Below the pieces are notes generated by a model. It had not been told where the DNA came from. It did no database searches and worked only from the letters and a program-made list of their open reading frames with translations. Positions 38,183 through 52,809 of a DNA stretch of 64,000 bases are shown here, piece by piece (the first letter of the stretch is position 1; each line of letters opens with the position of its first letter). Source of the DNA: Octopus bimaculoides (Eukaryota); the NCBI RefSeq assembly GCF_001194135.2, contig NC_068987.1, positions 81,159,635-81,223,634 of the forward strand, in the 5' to 3' direction. The position numbers and the translations under genes are program-made.

Positions 38183-38990
38183 CATAGGAATACCCTGCAT
38201 TATGGGAGTAATATATTCCTGCAAAACTGCCGTAAAGCGAAATTAATTTTCCCATTGATTTTCATGTTATAAAGTGATAATGTTTCTCAATGGTTATTTT
38301 TCAAGAAAACAATAAAAACAAAAATCCAAATATAATATGTATATATAAGAAGATTTGAAGAGAAATATGTAGGGGAATGAATAAGAATTGTAATATTGTT
38401 CTCACTGCAAAAGATGTTGACTATTGTGTGAGGGATGGAATTGCTAGAATGAGAGTTACTGGGAGGATGAAGGGACACTATCTTCCATCATATAGTTCAT
38501 AATCATCAACATCTACTTGAGAAGTGTAAAACAACAAAATTGATGTTTATGGCACATTGTCTCTTTACAGAGGTCAGTGTAGAAACTGAGTTCCTTATAA
38601 ACTCCTCTTATAACGTTTATATTATATTTACATTTAGAGTTATCAGCAAAAACTAGTAGATATTCTCTGTGCTCAATTTAAGTGGAGTTAGTGGAATTTC
38701 CATATTCTCCACAGTATATTCTGGTTGCTCTTATTCTAACAAAATCAGCTCATCATTAGATAAACTTTCTCCTCTATGGAACACTAGCAACTTAGCAACA
38801 TCATCTTCCATGGCTTCTTGAAATCCTACATCATTTGTAAGTATTACAATATCTATCTGAATTTTGTGTAGACTTTCTGCATGTGGAAAAGTACTAAAAT
38901 CATGGATACAGACAGTCTATATATTTTTCAAGCATCATTCAAAATTGCTCATGATAGGGTGTGGTGCAATGATCTTTAATGAATATGAGT
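38183..38990 (-). mobile_element. Tigger/pogo transposon 3' fragment
   Basis: Minus translation ...IVILTNDVGFQEAMEDDVAKLLVFHRGESLSNDELILLE resembles the TIGD1/Tigger C-terminus; TIR-like CA(T)AGGAATACCCTGC after TA at the left end. Confidence 0.6.
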
Positions 38991-38994
38991 AGTG

Positions 38995-39560
38995 TTTGTT
39001 TTTTCTTGTTTTTGAAAGAAACAAGATTAGCATATTCCCATTGGAGGGATATGCTAATCATGCATTCAAGGTCTCTGCTCATGGTATCAGTTTGGGCTTG
39101 GCATGTGGTGTTTAGCTTGTGAGTAAATGATACATACTTGGGGAATGTTAGGGATGAATGAAGGATAGTGTTATCTGCATAAGAGTAAGCAATGCTGGAT
39201 GTGGCAGCAGGTAAGTTATTGATGTATAGAAAAAAAAAAAAAAGTTGGAACAGAACTGAACCCTAGGGTGTGCTGGAGTCGATAGAACAAGGGGGAAAAG
39301 TGCTCCATCAACACACAATGATAATGTGATCTGATAGGAAGCTAGTGAATCAATAGATGAGACAGGCGGAGTCTATGTGTGAATAGTTTCAGTAGAAGAT
39401 TTGCATGCCAAAGAAGATCAAAAGCTTGGTTGATTTTGAATTTAGCAACGTTGATTTCATCCAAATTTCTCCAAAGTTAGAGTCTAGAGGGTGTGATGGA
39501 GGAAAGCAGGTCACCAGTGGATTCATTTTTATGGAAACCATACTGGTGGTCATTAATAAG
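38995..39560 (-). mobile_element. CR1/L2-group LINE reverse transcriptase remnant
   Basis: Minus translation FFLYINNLPAATSSIAYSYADNTILHSS (decayed YADD box) and upstream LLNSK..LLIFF; multiple stops. Confidence 0.7.
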
Positions 39561-41239
39561 AAAAAAATAAGAGTCAATTCTGAAATTCAAATAAATTAGT
39601 GATAATAGTTTATTCAGCTATTTTATAAGATAATGTAAAACACAAATTATATCAAAGAAGATTATACAAAAGAAAAAAAAAACTTGTTATATGTTATAAA
39701 CAGTGTAGCAAAAGTACACACATAGATATATACTACATTGGACAGATCTGAACATTTTATCTAGTCACTTTAATATCATTTAATATCATTGAGACAAATT
39801 TTACACACTTGAAAATTCATGCTAATATGCAATTAGTTATGTAATCTTTGGGAAAGGTATCATTATTATTTTAATAAAAAAATTTACATGCCAAAATAAA
39901 CTATTATTATATTGACAGAGCTAGTCAAAATTATTTTTTTAAAGCAATTAACCTTTCATAAATCTCTGATTAATCAGTCTATTCAATCCACCTATTAACT
40001 TTCACGTTTCTTAATGAAAAAAGACATTACATAATGTAATTAGTAAAATCATGGTTTTGTGATCTACAGTATAAGTCTGTACATGACGCACAGTTTACAT
40101 CTATATCCCTATGCCAGTGTATAAGTTTTTTTTTCTTAAATTTTTATTTTGATTTAAGATGGTTGAATCTGTAGAATACATCATTTAGTTTTGTTTCCTA
40201 GAGTTTCAAGTTTAAATTCTGCCCAGCAGACCAAGCAACTTCATAAAGGTCATTTGTTGGCTTGAGAAAGCAAGGTCGAAAAGTTTGGTAAGAAGCAAAG
40301 TTAAAACAAACAAGATAGCTGGTTGGAATCTTTCATTTTGACAGGTTTTTATCATAAGGGCTTTAGATGGAGATTGATTATGTTGCCATTTTGATATTTT
40401 GATTTTTGTTATTTATGATTGTGTCTTGCATATCAGATTTTCAGTGACATAGATGACTTTTGTTTGTAGTTTATATGTATAGTCTTCTGATGCCTCTCTT
40501 TGCTTGAGTTTCTATTGATTCATCAAAATACCTTTAAGTTTTTGAATGTCTACATCTAAAATACTTATTTCTTAATGATTAAGAATAAAGATTGTATTTC
40601 ACAAAGTGCTGAGAATGTTTCATGAATATTTAAGTTTGGATGATTCTATGTTTGACTATCAATACAATTTTCAAGAATAAAATTCATTTATACATCAAAT
40701 TTAAATAAAAAATATTTTATTACCTTGCATTAAAACTACGTACTTTAATCTATTTCTCTTAGTCAATGAAAATGGGTCCAAAACTTAATGTTTTAAGCAT
40801 CAGTCTATATAAGAACATACAAATATAATATCTAGTTTGTACTGAGGAAAATAAACAAATGTTATGTAAAAAGAGAAAAATAAAACAATTCCTTATATTG
40901 TATTTTCCAAAAATAATTCATTTTTATAAGAGAGCCAAAAATACATATTCTACTGCTCTTTTTCCTTACCCATCTATAATTTTTCTTCATTAAAATCAAT
41001 AAGAATGAAGAAATATAACTACATTTACTGCTATAATTAATTTATTTAGAAATGGCACATCAATGACATATTCATTGTGATAGTCACACTGGATAAGAGT
41101 AAGAGGGAAAAAGAAAACTTAGAAAATAATTCTATTTTATCTATTTTAATATCCAGCATAGTTTAAATGAAAATGGAAATGACTCAAGAACATGGTCTTT
41201 AAATGTAAAATTAAGGATAATAAACAATACATAGACACA

Positions 41240-41585
41240 GACATAGCTGTATAGTAAGAAGCTTGCTTCCCAACCACATGGTTCCGAGTTCAGCCCCACT
41301 GTGTGTCTTCTACTATAGCACAAGCTGACTAAAGCCTTATGAGGCAGAAGCTGAAAGAAGCCCGTCATATATATCTGTGTGTGTGTGTGTGTGTGTGTTT
41401 GTGTGTGTGTTTGTCTCCCACCACTGCTTGACAACCAGAGTTGGTGTGTTTATATCTCTGTAACTTAGCGGTTCAGCAAAAAGAGACTGATAGAATAAGT
41501 ACATGGGGTCGATTCATTCGACTAAAAGTTCCTCAAGCTGGTGCTTCAGTATGGCCACTATCTAGTAACTGAAACAAGTAAAAGA
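41240..41585 (+). mobile_element. CORE-type SINE
   Basis: GTAAGAAGCTTGCTTCCCAACCACATGGTTCCGAGTTCAGCCCCACTG head, (GT)n, tail ACTGAAACAAGTAAAAGA. Confidence 0.85.
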
Positions 41586-42659
41586 TATGATTTATATCTT
41601 ATACACAGTAGTTCAGGCTTCCAAGTTCCTTAAACTCTTAATCACAACACTTCTGCATTTGTTAAAAAGTACTAATACAGGAATTTTGTTGATAGTATAT
41701 TTATATTTCTTTAGCATATTTCATGTGACCCTTTGTTTTATTTGTATTTTATTTTTACAAGTTCATTTCGTTGCTGAGGTAACTTCTCTAAAAGCTGTAA
41801 AAATATTTGCTTCCAATAAATGATGAAGCATGCACAAAATTTTGCTTATAATTTAAAGCACAATATATAGATATTTATGTTATAATTCATCTATTTTGTA
41901 GTAGGATTTAGAAATCAAAAGATCAATATATTGAGATACGAAGAATGAAAAGATAAGAGGATTAATTGCAATATTTAAAACACTCCTTCAATGCGAGAAA
42001 TTTTGTGCAGTTTGTGATGCAATTAATTTTATTCAATATATCTCATTACAGATAAATATTCCCATATTTGGAAAGAAACATATTTCTACTATAATTAAAT
42101 ATCATCCAAATCTCTTTCCTATACTGGAAGGTGTACATCATGTTTGCTTAAAACAGAATTAACATACTTATTTAAGAACATAACTAAATGTAAGCATCAT
42201 TTGCGTTTGATTTTTCATATTTAAAGCTGTATCATTATGTTATAGTTATAAATATGAATGCAATTAGAATAATTTATTTGATTGATTATTATATTTTTAA
42301 TAAAATGCATTTTAAGCTTGTCAGTTCTTATTCAGTTTTCCCTTTACTAAGTGACAGCAAGGTTAAATCTAAAATAAAATCCTCAAAGTAATTTTTAGGC
42401 TTCACTGTACTGTGAAGCTAGAAATTGTAAAGCTCTCTCATATCATACCCTATTGTCTTAAGTCTTAAGTAAGCAAAAAGTGCATGAGATAATATATCCT
42501 ACACAATCCAAAAAAGTTAGGATAGTCAAAACTGAAATAGTTCTGATCATAGGTCCCCTCAGTTTTGGAAGTCTATTGTGAAAGTAAATCCTCAAACAAA
42601 TATAAGCAGATAATCATTAATACCATGTCATATCAAAGAAGAAGTAAGACAAGAAATAT

Positions 42660-42877
42660 ATTCTTTTATACTCTAGGCACAAGGCCCGAAAGTTTTGGGG
42701 AGGGAACCAGTCGATTAGATCGACCTAGTATGCAACTGGTACTTAATTTATCTACTTCGAAAGGATGAAAGGCAAAGTCGACTGCAGTGGTATTTGAACT
42801 CAGAACATAAAAACAGACGAAATACTACTAAGTATTTTGCCCGGTGTGCTAACATTTCTGCCAGCTCACTGCCTTAA
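42660..42877 (-). mobile_element. Second tRNA-derived SINE family, full length
   Basis: Minus strand TAAGGCAGTGAGCTGGCAGAAATGTTAGCAC...GAGTTCAAAT (A/B-box-like)...GACTTTGCCTTTCATCCTT...GGGCCTTGTGCCTAGAGTA; at least seven related copies in the window. Confidence 0.8.
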
Positions 42878-43577
42878 GATAAGAAATATATCATTATATG
42901 TTTACTCAGTTTTAATTTGTTGCAATCCTGCCTAAAATTAAATGTTTCATTCAATAACAAATGGCAAATAGCACTGGTTTTATTTGGAATTAAAAAAAAA
43001 AAAACCCACATAAAGACACAGTATAAAAATCTGATTTATAATCACTATACTAAATTCTTTAGAATGAAGTCAAATTTTGTTCATTATGTTGCTTGAAAAA
43101 TTAATAAAAATAGAAACAAATATTCTGATGTTTAACGTCTGATTTTTCCTACTTGTATGTATTGAATAGCCATATATCTTATTTGTATGCATTTCATTTT
43201 CCATTTCTGACATATGATCTGATCATCTGAAGTATGCTTCAGGCTATCTCTACTTCAAGCCCTGTCCTCTGCCATATGGACATTTGTCCCATATCGACTC
43301 TTATTCATTGCTGTTATATTATCTGTACCAGAGCAGTCATCTCCCTTGGATGTATTGTCTGATGATTATATTACCCAAGAACATTCTCACTTTGTTCTTA
43401 ATATGACTCTTCTGTTAGAATAGAACATTTAATATCTTATAATGTAGTCATTTCTTACCAATTATGGCATATTCTCTGACTTAGCTGTCCAAGTTTCTGA
43501 GCAAGCAAATGAGAGAGGGAACGTGAGAGAGAGAGAGAGGAGAGAGAGATGGGGAGAGAGGAGACAGTGAAAGAGAT

Positions 43578-43641
<64 letters not shown>

Positions 43642-46128
43642 TGTGTGTGTGTGTGCGTGCGTGCGTGCGCGCGTATGTTTGTGTGTGTGTATTTGAAACT
43701 TTGGAGAACAGCTGTCCTCTAAACTTTTCAATTCGTTGCACTCTAGATATTAAGCTAGTTGCTCCAAATTAAAAAATAGCTATTAGATGCATTATTTCAG
43801 TCAAAAAAAAAAAAATTCCTTAATATTTACTCTACAGTTTTTAGGTTAGTGTTGTAAAATAACTTGAAAGAGAATGAATTTCTACAATGTCACAATCATG
43901 GAATGAAGGATTGCACATATTTATTGCATCATGATCAAGCACATTGCAGCTGTGATCATTCAGTCTAATAACAAACGTATCTTGGGTTGCATTATTCATT
44001 GTGCACTTTTCTCATTTAAACAATTATGCAATTTGAGGGCAATATGACTGAAGTATTAATTAGATGGATGATATTCATCTGAATGTAATCAAAAATTCAA
44101 AAGCTAAATTAATGTAATAGTGGAACATATTTTGGATTGAGTCTGCTTCTGTCTAGGAGCTGTCTCATACAGAATACTGGAGACTCTGCTTGCAAACTTC
44201 ATTAGTTCTTTTAACTTAGTTCTTTCCTATATGGCTTGAACCATTTTCTTTTTCAGAATCACTTTGATACTCTTAGATTTTGCCTATTGTAACCTCTAAG
44301 GCTGTTTTACTCAAGATTACACAGCCAAATTAGGTAAATGAATGATTAACATGATATCAGATAATTTTAGAACCTTCAGCATCTCAAAAACTGAGAGGTT
44401 TTTACAATCCATTTGCCTCTTTCTGTATCAGTCTTTTCTTGGACATTTTGTCTAGTCCCTATATCTAATTATTCTAGTATTTCTATTGTGATAAGGCGAT
44501 TTCTTTCCCAGTTGATTAGAGTAATCTCATATGGTAACTCTTGTATGCATCTTTTTTCTCTTTATCGTTGAAAACAAGTAGCCCCTTATTTTGAATATCT
44601 TCATCAACAAGATTCTATTTCACAGTTTGAAAGCTTTTTTTTTATATTCCACATTCTCACAAATGTTAGTATATCTACAATCGTGCATTTGATTAACTTT
44701 TAACTTTTGTATGATATCATATTCTCATGCCTTTCAAGCAAGTTGGGTTACATTCTATGTTCTTAGATATACATTCTTTTAGCTATAACAATCCTCTTAT
44801 TTCTACATTATACTAATCTGAAAAGGATTGATAACTGAATATTGAGAAATTGTGCATGATACATTATTAACAATAATGATACATGTCTAGAGAAGAATGA
44901 TCTAGAGGAAGTAGTGAGATAGATAAAAGAATTGTAAAAGTAAAATATTGACAAAACAAATGCACTGCTTAGCTCTCTCTATACCTTCAGTATGTCAGTA
45001 TGTAAAGAATCTTAACAATTATAGTTTGAAGGAATTATTTCCTGGTATGTTCTTTTCTATAAAAACAGATGAAGAAACTTTATTCAACTTTAATAGATTT
45101 TATAAATTAATTCTATTTATGTTTTATTGTTAAACTTATTTTGAAACAACTTATTTTAAATCCTAAGCTCTTCATGAAGTTTGCTTGTGTAAAGTTATTA
45201 GAGATCATTCTTTTAATAAATTTTTCTATATTTTTATATACTTTCAAAAGGCTATTTCTAAATTGTTTGTTCTTTAAAAATCATAATTTCAAAAGTAGTT
45301 TCATTTTCTTTTTATAAATTGCAACCTAGAACAACTTTTTGTTCGCATTGAAATGGATACTACTGAATTTAAAATTAGATTGCATGGCTCGTCACTAGAT
45401 GTACTTGGCTAAGAAACAAAATAATTTTGGGGAGTATGTGAAATTTGAAGAGACTTAGAAATAATGTGATATTGATTACAACATAAAAAATAAAAAAGAA
45501 ACAGCTATGCATTTTGAAAATGTCGAGACAAATTAGTAATTCAACTCAAGTGAATTTTTTTCTTTTTTACTGTAGGCTACATGCTTCATTCAGATCCAGT
45601 TTAATTTTTATTTTATTTTTCACTATACTAAAGCAAGAAAACATCTTACTAGTGCACAACTGATATTTTATAATTGGTTTGGAAATATTGCTAAATAAGG
45701 AATGTAGAATAAGGAAAATAAGGAAACATAAACAAGTTTGAAAGTAATATATCAACCCTCATTTATCTGGTATTAATTATAGATATTTATGAACGAGTTT
45801 TTAAGCTTATAATATTCAGAGATATTTACATCATTTATATTTATATAATTTATTGGTCTTACAGTGTTGAAAATAAAATTCTATGCTTTGTGGAACATTA
45901 CCATGTTCAAATCTAATTACTGTATACATGTCCTCTTCTAAAGTAAATAAAATGTGTTTCTCTTACATACTGGAGCCAACAGAGTATTTTGTAATTGCAC
46001 CCTTCATTATCTGTTATCTATTCATCAATAAAGTCTTTCATCAGAAGACCTTGTTTGGTCTTTCTATCAAGGCCTGTGATGAAGTCTTCACTCCTTCATT
46101 CTCTCTCTCTCGCTCGCTCTCTCTCTCT

Positions 46129-46159
<31 letters not shown>

Positions 46160-46279
46160 GCTCTCGCTCTCTCTCGCTCTCGCTCTCTCTCTCTCTCTCA
46201 CTCACACACACACACACACACACCCACACAGATGCCGTTTTCTCCTAACATATATTTTCCTCCACCTATACACATGCAT

Positions 46280-46586
46280 GGAGGCACATGGTCTAGTGGT
46301 TAGAGCAGCAGACTCACAGTCGAGGGATCGTGGGTTTGAATCTCAGACTGGGTGGTGTGTGTGTTTATGAGTGAAACACCTAAGCTCCACATGGCTCCAG
46401 TAGAAAGTAATGGCAAACTTCTGCTGATTCTTTTGCCACAACTTTCTCTCACTCTTTCCTCCTGCATCTTGCAGCTCATCTGTGATGGACCGGTGTCCCA
46501 TCCAAGTGGGGAACCTATACGCCAATGAAACTGGGAAACCAGCCCTTATGAGCCAGGTATGGCTTGAGAAGGAACAAACAACAACA
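46280..46586 (+). mobile_element. tRNA-derived V-SINE-like element
   Basis: A-box TGGTCTAGTGG, B-box-like GGTTTGAATC, V-domain-like TGTGATGGACCGGTGTCCCATCCAAG, (AAC)n tail. Confidence 0.7.
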
Positions 46587-46740
46587 TACACATGCATAAA
46601 ATTTTAACTGAGTTTTTATCATCTTAATTTAAATAAGCCATTCTTATCTGGAGTCTAAGAAAGTATGAACAGTATATAGGTCCTGCTTTTCCATATCAGA
46701 TGAATTAATTTTAAAAAGCATAACAACCACAAGAATTATG

Positions 46741-46776
<36 letters not shown>

Positions 46777-46779
<3 letters not shown>

Positions 46780-47145
46780 TATGACTGTGTGGTAAGAAGT
46801 TTGTTTCTGGGTTCAGTCCCATTGCGTAGCACCTTCATCAAGTGTCTTCTATGGCCTCAGACTGACCAAAGTCTTGTGAGTGGATTTGGTAGATGGAAAC
46901 TGAAAGAATCCCTTTGTATGTGTGCATGTTTGTGTGTGTCACTGTGTATATGTTTTTCTCCCACCACTATTTGATAACTAGTGTTGGTGTGTTTATATCC
47001 CCATAATTTAGTGGTTTGACAAAAAGTACTGATAGAATAAGTCCCAGGCTTTACAAAAATAGTTACTGGGGTTGATTCATTCAACTAAAAATTCTTTAAG
47101 GAGGTACCCCAACATGGCTGCAGTATAATGACTGAAACACATAAA
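46777..47145 (+). mobile_element. CORE-type SINE, full length
   Basis: Head GGTATGACTGTGTGGTAAGAAG...GGGTTCAGTCCCATTGCGTAGCACCTT...AAGTGTCTT to tail ATGACTGAAACAC. Confidence 0.85.
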
Positions 47146-47461
47146 AGATATATTATATGGGTTTATTATATTATATGGGTTTATTATATTATATGGGTTT
47201 TTGGTTGTGTAGAGAAGGAACATATTTTGCAATCATGAGATAAGGAGCATATTTTTCAATCATGTTGACTAAGAGTCTATCATATATTATCATCACCAGT
47301 TTAACATCCCTTGTTTCATACTTGCAAAAATGAGATGAAACTTGATGAGAAAGATTTTCTATAGTTGGATGTACTTTTTGTTACCAATTATCAGGTTTCC
47401 AAGAAAGCTGATATTTCCTTTAGTTCTTCAAATACAAGCAGCTTAATGTTTCCACTGAAGA

Positions 47462-48275
47462 GTGGAAATTGTGAGCACTGCTTACTTGCAGCTAGAACAT
47501 GACTTTAAGACAAGGAGTTGCACATACTCCCTAGTATCGTCCAACACTACCAGAGATTTTGGAGTAATTGATAACAATCTAAGCTGGAGTTCCCACTTAA
47601 ACAGCAAGGTTAACTTGGCCCACAAGGTGTGCTCCTGGATCCTGAGAACTTTCTGGTCTAGAGATGCCTACACCATCATCCTTTTCTACTCTACTTTTGC
47701 CCAACTCCACCTTGAGTACTGTTGCCCACTGTGGTCTCCCCATACAAAGCAACTCATTTTGAAAGTGGAAGCACTCCAGAGGTCAATAACAAGAAAGATA
47801 GATGGCATGAGATGGGGTCAACTAAAAAAACTCAACCTCTCCTCTCTCCAACGCTGCCAGGAGCACTACATCATTTGTGTGATGTGGAAAATATTCCATC
47901 AATATTGCACAAATGATGTTGGTATCAATTTTAAAATCCATCCAAGATTTGGTCCCTGTGCTATCAGCCCCCAACAAAGATCAAATTCAGGACACATTAC
48001 ATCACAACTACTTTACCTCTACCGGTCCAGCTCTCTTTAATACCATACCAAAATGCATCAAAACGGAAATGGATCGCTTAAAATTCAAAAGTTCACTGGA
48101 AAAAATTTCTTTAAAAAATCCTAAACCAACCTCCTACACCCAGATATGTCTCCACCAATAATAACTCTTTGCTAGAGTGGGCCATGGTGCCCCATATATG
48201 ATGAAAAGACTTCACCAGGTGGTGCTATTGAGTTAGACATGGCCTGGGCCTATACTGGCCGAAACCTATCAAAGT
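47462..48275 (+). mobile_element. CR1-group LINE 3' fragment (RT C-terminus and 3' end)
   Basis: ORF with LHLEYCCPLWSPHTKQLILKVEALQRSITRKI and DFGVIDNNLSWSSHL; frameshifted downstream (GPALFNTIPK). Confidence 0.85.
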
Positions 48276-48467
48276 TAGTTTTATATATATATATACACAC
48301 ACACACACACTCCGTGTTTTTCTCCTTGTTTTCTCCATATTCTTTCTGTTGAAGAGCATAGCTTGAAACGTTAAAGACTTTCTCTATTCCCGAGCGTTAA
48401 ACTAATACATCCTTTTGTTGTTTACATCACCTGTCCTCGTCTGTTGTTGTTTTTTTCGTAAATTCTC

Positions 48468-48504
<37 letters not shown>

Positions 48505-48904
48505 CATATATACACATATGTATTNNNNNNNNNNNNNNNNNNNNNNNNNNNNNNNNNNNNNNNNNNNNNNNNNNNNNNNNNNNNNNNNNNNNNNNNNNNN
48601 NNNNNNNNNNNNNNNNNNNNNNNNNNNNNNNNNNNNNNNNNNNNNNNNNNNNNNNNNNNNNNNNNNNNNNNNNNNNNNNNNNNNNNNNNNNNNNNNNNNN
48701 NNNNNNNNNNNNNNNNNNNNNNNNNNNNNNNNNNNNNNNNNNNNNNNNNNNNNNNNNNNNNNNNNNNNNNNNNNNNNNNNNNNNNNNNNNNNNNNNNNNN
48801 NNNNNNNNNNNNNNNNNNNNNNNNNNNNNNNNNNNNNNNNNNNNNNNNNNNNNNNNNNNNNNNNNNNNNNNNNNNNNNNNNNNNNNNNNNNNNNNNNNNN
48901 NNNN

Positions 48905-48961
<57 letters not shown>

Positions 48962-49538
48962 CATATATACACATATGTATTATTTCTATGGCTTTTCTCT
49001 ATCCATAGCCTTTTCAGACACTCCTTTGCAAAGAATAACAGTGACAATAGTTAATCTTCAGTTTGAATTTTGGTATGTTTGTTAGTGAAAGGAAAATTTG
49101 TGCTGGAAAATGGTTTTAGAGAGTGCAACTCTACTTAAAACGGCTTTGGGTAAGTCTAGTGAATAACAAATAAGATCAATGCCGCAAGTCAGGTAATTGG
49201 AATTTTGTACTCACAGCAAGTCCAGAGGTACAGAGACTATTGTAACAGCAGTAAAAGAGATAAATGGTGCATACACATACATTAGATGAAAACATACATA
49301 TATGTGTGTGTACCCCACTCCCCCACCATTTAATGTATTTGTACATATTTAGCTGTGGGAAGACCTTTCACCATAGAAATAGTCTCAGAAAATCTTTTTC
49401 ATAGGTAATATGGGTGAAACCATATTTCCACCCTGAAAGATCTTAACCATGTCTGAGTGTATACAAATGTGTTAAATACAATTGTATTGTACACACACAT
49501 ATTTCATTCAATGATGCTTCATGTGCCTTATATATTTA

Positions 49539-49589
<51 letters not shown>

Positions 49590-49689
49590 CTTTCTTTTTA
49601 CTTGTTTTAAGTCATATGACTGAAGGTGAGGTGGAGGTACTGCCTTGAGGGATTTTAATAAAAAAAATCAACCCAAGAACTTATTTTTG

Positions 49690-49817
49690 AAGGTTAGTAT
49701 TTATTTTATTGGTTTCTTTTGCCAAACCACTAAGTTATGGGGACATAAACACACCAGCACCACTTCTCAAGCAATGGTGGAGAACAAACACTGACACAAA
49801 GACACACATAGATATAT

Positions 49818-49861
<44 letters not shown>

Positions 49862-50010
49862 CAGACTTCTCTTAGTTTCTGTCTACCAAAATTCACTCAC
49901 AAGGCTTTGGTTGGCCTGTGACTATAGTAGGACATGCCTAAAGTGCCACACAGTGGGACTGAATCCAAGACCATGTGGCTGAGAAGCCAGCTTCTTATCA
50001 CACAACCGCA
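49690..50010 (-). mobile_element. CORE-type SINE
   Basis: Reverse-complement match to family head and body. Confidence 0.75.
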
Positions 50011-50044
50011 CATAGGCGTATGTGTTTTATATCTGTCTTTCTGT

Positions 50045-50209
50045 GCAGGTATGGCTGTATCAGTAAGAAGTCTTCACAACCACGTAGTTTTGGGATCAAT
50101 ATCACCACGTAACTAACCTCTACAATAGTCCCAGGCTGACCAAATTCTTGTAGGTGAATTTGGGAGACAGAAACTGCTGAAGCCTGCTGTGTGTGCATGC
50201 GAGTGTGTA

Positions 50210-50245
<36 letters not shown>

Positions 50246-50290
50246 TATCTTGACGTTGTGTGCTTATCATAAACAAACAATGAATGATTG
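50045..50290 (+). mobile_element. CORE-type SINE head, head-to-head with the previous copy
   Basis: GCAGGTATGGCTGTATCAGTAAGAAGTC...ACAGAAACTGCTGAAGCC followed by (GT)n. Confidence 0.65.
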
Positions 50291-52269
50291 CAATCTTCTA
50301 TCAAAACATGTCCAGCCATTGTGCTGATCTTGTTTAAAGGATGAGGGGAATTATATCTTGCTTGAAAAAATGGGGGTTGTCATTGCAAGAAGCATCTGGA
50401 CATAGAAAAAAGCTACCTCAATGGATTTAGACTAGCCCATGCTAGCATAGAGAAGTGAAAGTTAAAATGATGATGATGGTGTAGATGAAGTCCTGAAGTA
50501 AGCAAGAATATTATAAAGTAAAATATCATGTCTCTTTTTAAATGCATTATTTTATGACTCAAGGTTGTCTAATAACTCTTTAGTTTCCTGTATTAGATTA
50601 AGAGCATCCGTTTCTCTGATATACATAAAAGATGTACCATCTTGGGTACAACCTTATCATATGGTTTAACACTCCCACTTAGCTTTCGTGTACCTTCAAC
50701 AGGGTCATTCTGTGGTAAGTATTTTAGACTAGATTCCCAGTCTGGGGATAACTGGATGTATTGATGTTCTGCTTCCTATTGTTATGAGTTATGGTTTCAT
50801 GATCACTTTTCCCCCAGTAATATTGGGGTCACTGTAGAAAGCATCCTTCTCCCTTTGATTAAAACATTAACAATAAGAGAAAATGTAACTACTGTTCAAA
50901 TATTTTCTTATGTTGAATGGTAATTTCCATAAGCCATTATCTCATTGTGGTTTTACTCAAAGCTTTTTTACTCATGTATTATGTCAAGTGATTTTATTTC
51001 CACTCTAAGATATAAACAAGAGTTGAATTCATTATAAGAAACTAATGAAGTAGTCATCAATTTTACAGTATCACAATTATAATATGGTACTTAAAAATCA
51101 ATAAGATTGAGAATATGTTTGAAAAAACATTTCAAAAACCTTACAACTTTACCCAAATTATAATTTTATTTAATTGCCTGTAGTTATTAGTGCACTGGGT
51201 TATGTTACTGAATAGTTAAATAATAATCTTGACTGGGTGAGACTATGTAAAGATACAATCTAATACATATTCTGTAAGTTCAATCTATATGGAACACTTA
51301 AAATAGTTGAAGCTTTTCTAAAACTTACGTGCGTTTTATTGTTATTATTATCTTTATTCTAGTGAGGGAGCTGTGTCACTTCATTGGATGAGAGCATTTT
51401 GACTACAGACATATTACAATACCTGTAATCAAATAGAATTTGTCAACCTTTTTGGTGGACGGTCACCTTCAAGGTGACTTGGCTTCCTAGGCTGTCTTAC
51501 TCTATCTGATGTGAGTGGTAAAAATACTTTGGCATCTGATTTTATATTTAGATTTTCTATATACCTGCCAGATTAGAAGCAAATATTTAAAGATATTAAT
51601 TCATCAGTAACCATGTGGATGCCCCCTCATTAGATATGTGTGTATTTACATGTACATAGATGGCTTGAAGGTAGGAGTTTGTTTGCAGGACGTGCATGTC
51701 CATGTATGTAAATGTGTCCATCCATATGTGGTTCTGTAAGCATATCTTTACGTGTTTACATGTTTGTGTATGATTGTACAGAATGATATTAAATGCAATT
51801 ATTATTTATTGGCTAATTTTGGAATATAATGTGAATATAATAACATTCTGTGTTTTATATAGCTTTGTTTATGGTTGCTGAATCACTGAAAGAATAGTTT
51901 TCGGGTTTCAAACTGATACAACAATGTCAAGGTACACTGTCATAATTTAGGTAAGATAATCTAAGATGTGAATAGTAAATATTATCTGTGTGCACAGTTT
52001 CATAAAACAAGGCAACATATTTCCACAGAAATATGCAAGCTTGTGTCTATACCTGTCCATAGCAAGCTTGTGTCTATACCTGTCCAATGTGTGTGTGTGT
52101 GTGAATGTAGTGCATAAATAGGGCTGATTTAAGTTTCACGTGACACAAAGCATTATTCAGTTAAAGAGAATTTGAGTGAAGGTTTCACTTGGAATCATTC
52201 TATACAACATATTGACTATTTTTAGTTTTGTGATTGTGGCCACTTATGTATTATAAATGCTAAAAGCTT

Positions 52270-52417
52270 CTTTCATTTTCTGTCTGTCACATCCACTCAT
52301 AAGAAGACACTTGCCTGTAGAGTGGGACTGAACTTCGAACCACAGGAATTTTGGATTCAGTCCCACTGTGTGCCATCTTAGGCAGTAGTTGGGAACACTT
52401 ACCCACACAGCCACTCG
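52270..52417 (-). mobile_element. CORE-type SINE head, degraded
   Basis: TCCACTCATAAGAAGACACTTGCC...GGGACTGAAC...CCACACAGCCACTC. Confidence 0.6.
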
Positions 52418-52467
52418 TGTGTGTGTGTGTGTGTGTGTGTGTCTGTGTGTGTTTGTGTGTGTGTGTT

Positions 52468-52513
<46 letters not shown>

Positions 52514-52809
52514 TGTGTAGATAGTTAGATAAATAGATATATAAATAAAGAGATATATAGAAAATTTATTGCTACATCTTTCTTATGATTTCAGGTTGGA
52601 GTTTGGGAATTTGCACAGTATAATCTTCAGTGAATTTATGCAGTAGCTGAGGATTATATATATATATATTGATTCCCAAGTTGTATTTGTTTGCCAAGTG
52701 ATTTCATTTGGGATAATTTTCGAGAATAGTCATACTATGTATGTAAAGTGTATGTAAAACTTACGTACACTGTTACATTCATGTTTGATGCCATAATTTC
52801 AAAATAATT

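Noticed and set aside
45883-46248. 121-aa and 102-aa ORFs
   Set aside because: No recognisable domain, run into (CT)n/(CA)n repeats, and no convincing splice structure.
46280-46350. tRNA-like sequence with A and B boxes (also the heads of other SINEs)
   Set aside because: Continues into SINE body and tail with no complete cloverleaf; not a tRNA gene.
48480-48985. Identical TATATACATACATATATACACATATGTATT on both sides of gap N48525-48904
   Set aside because: Most likely overlapping contig ends (assembly artefact), not a biological duplication.
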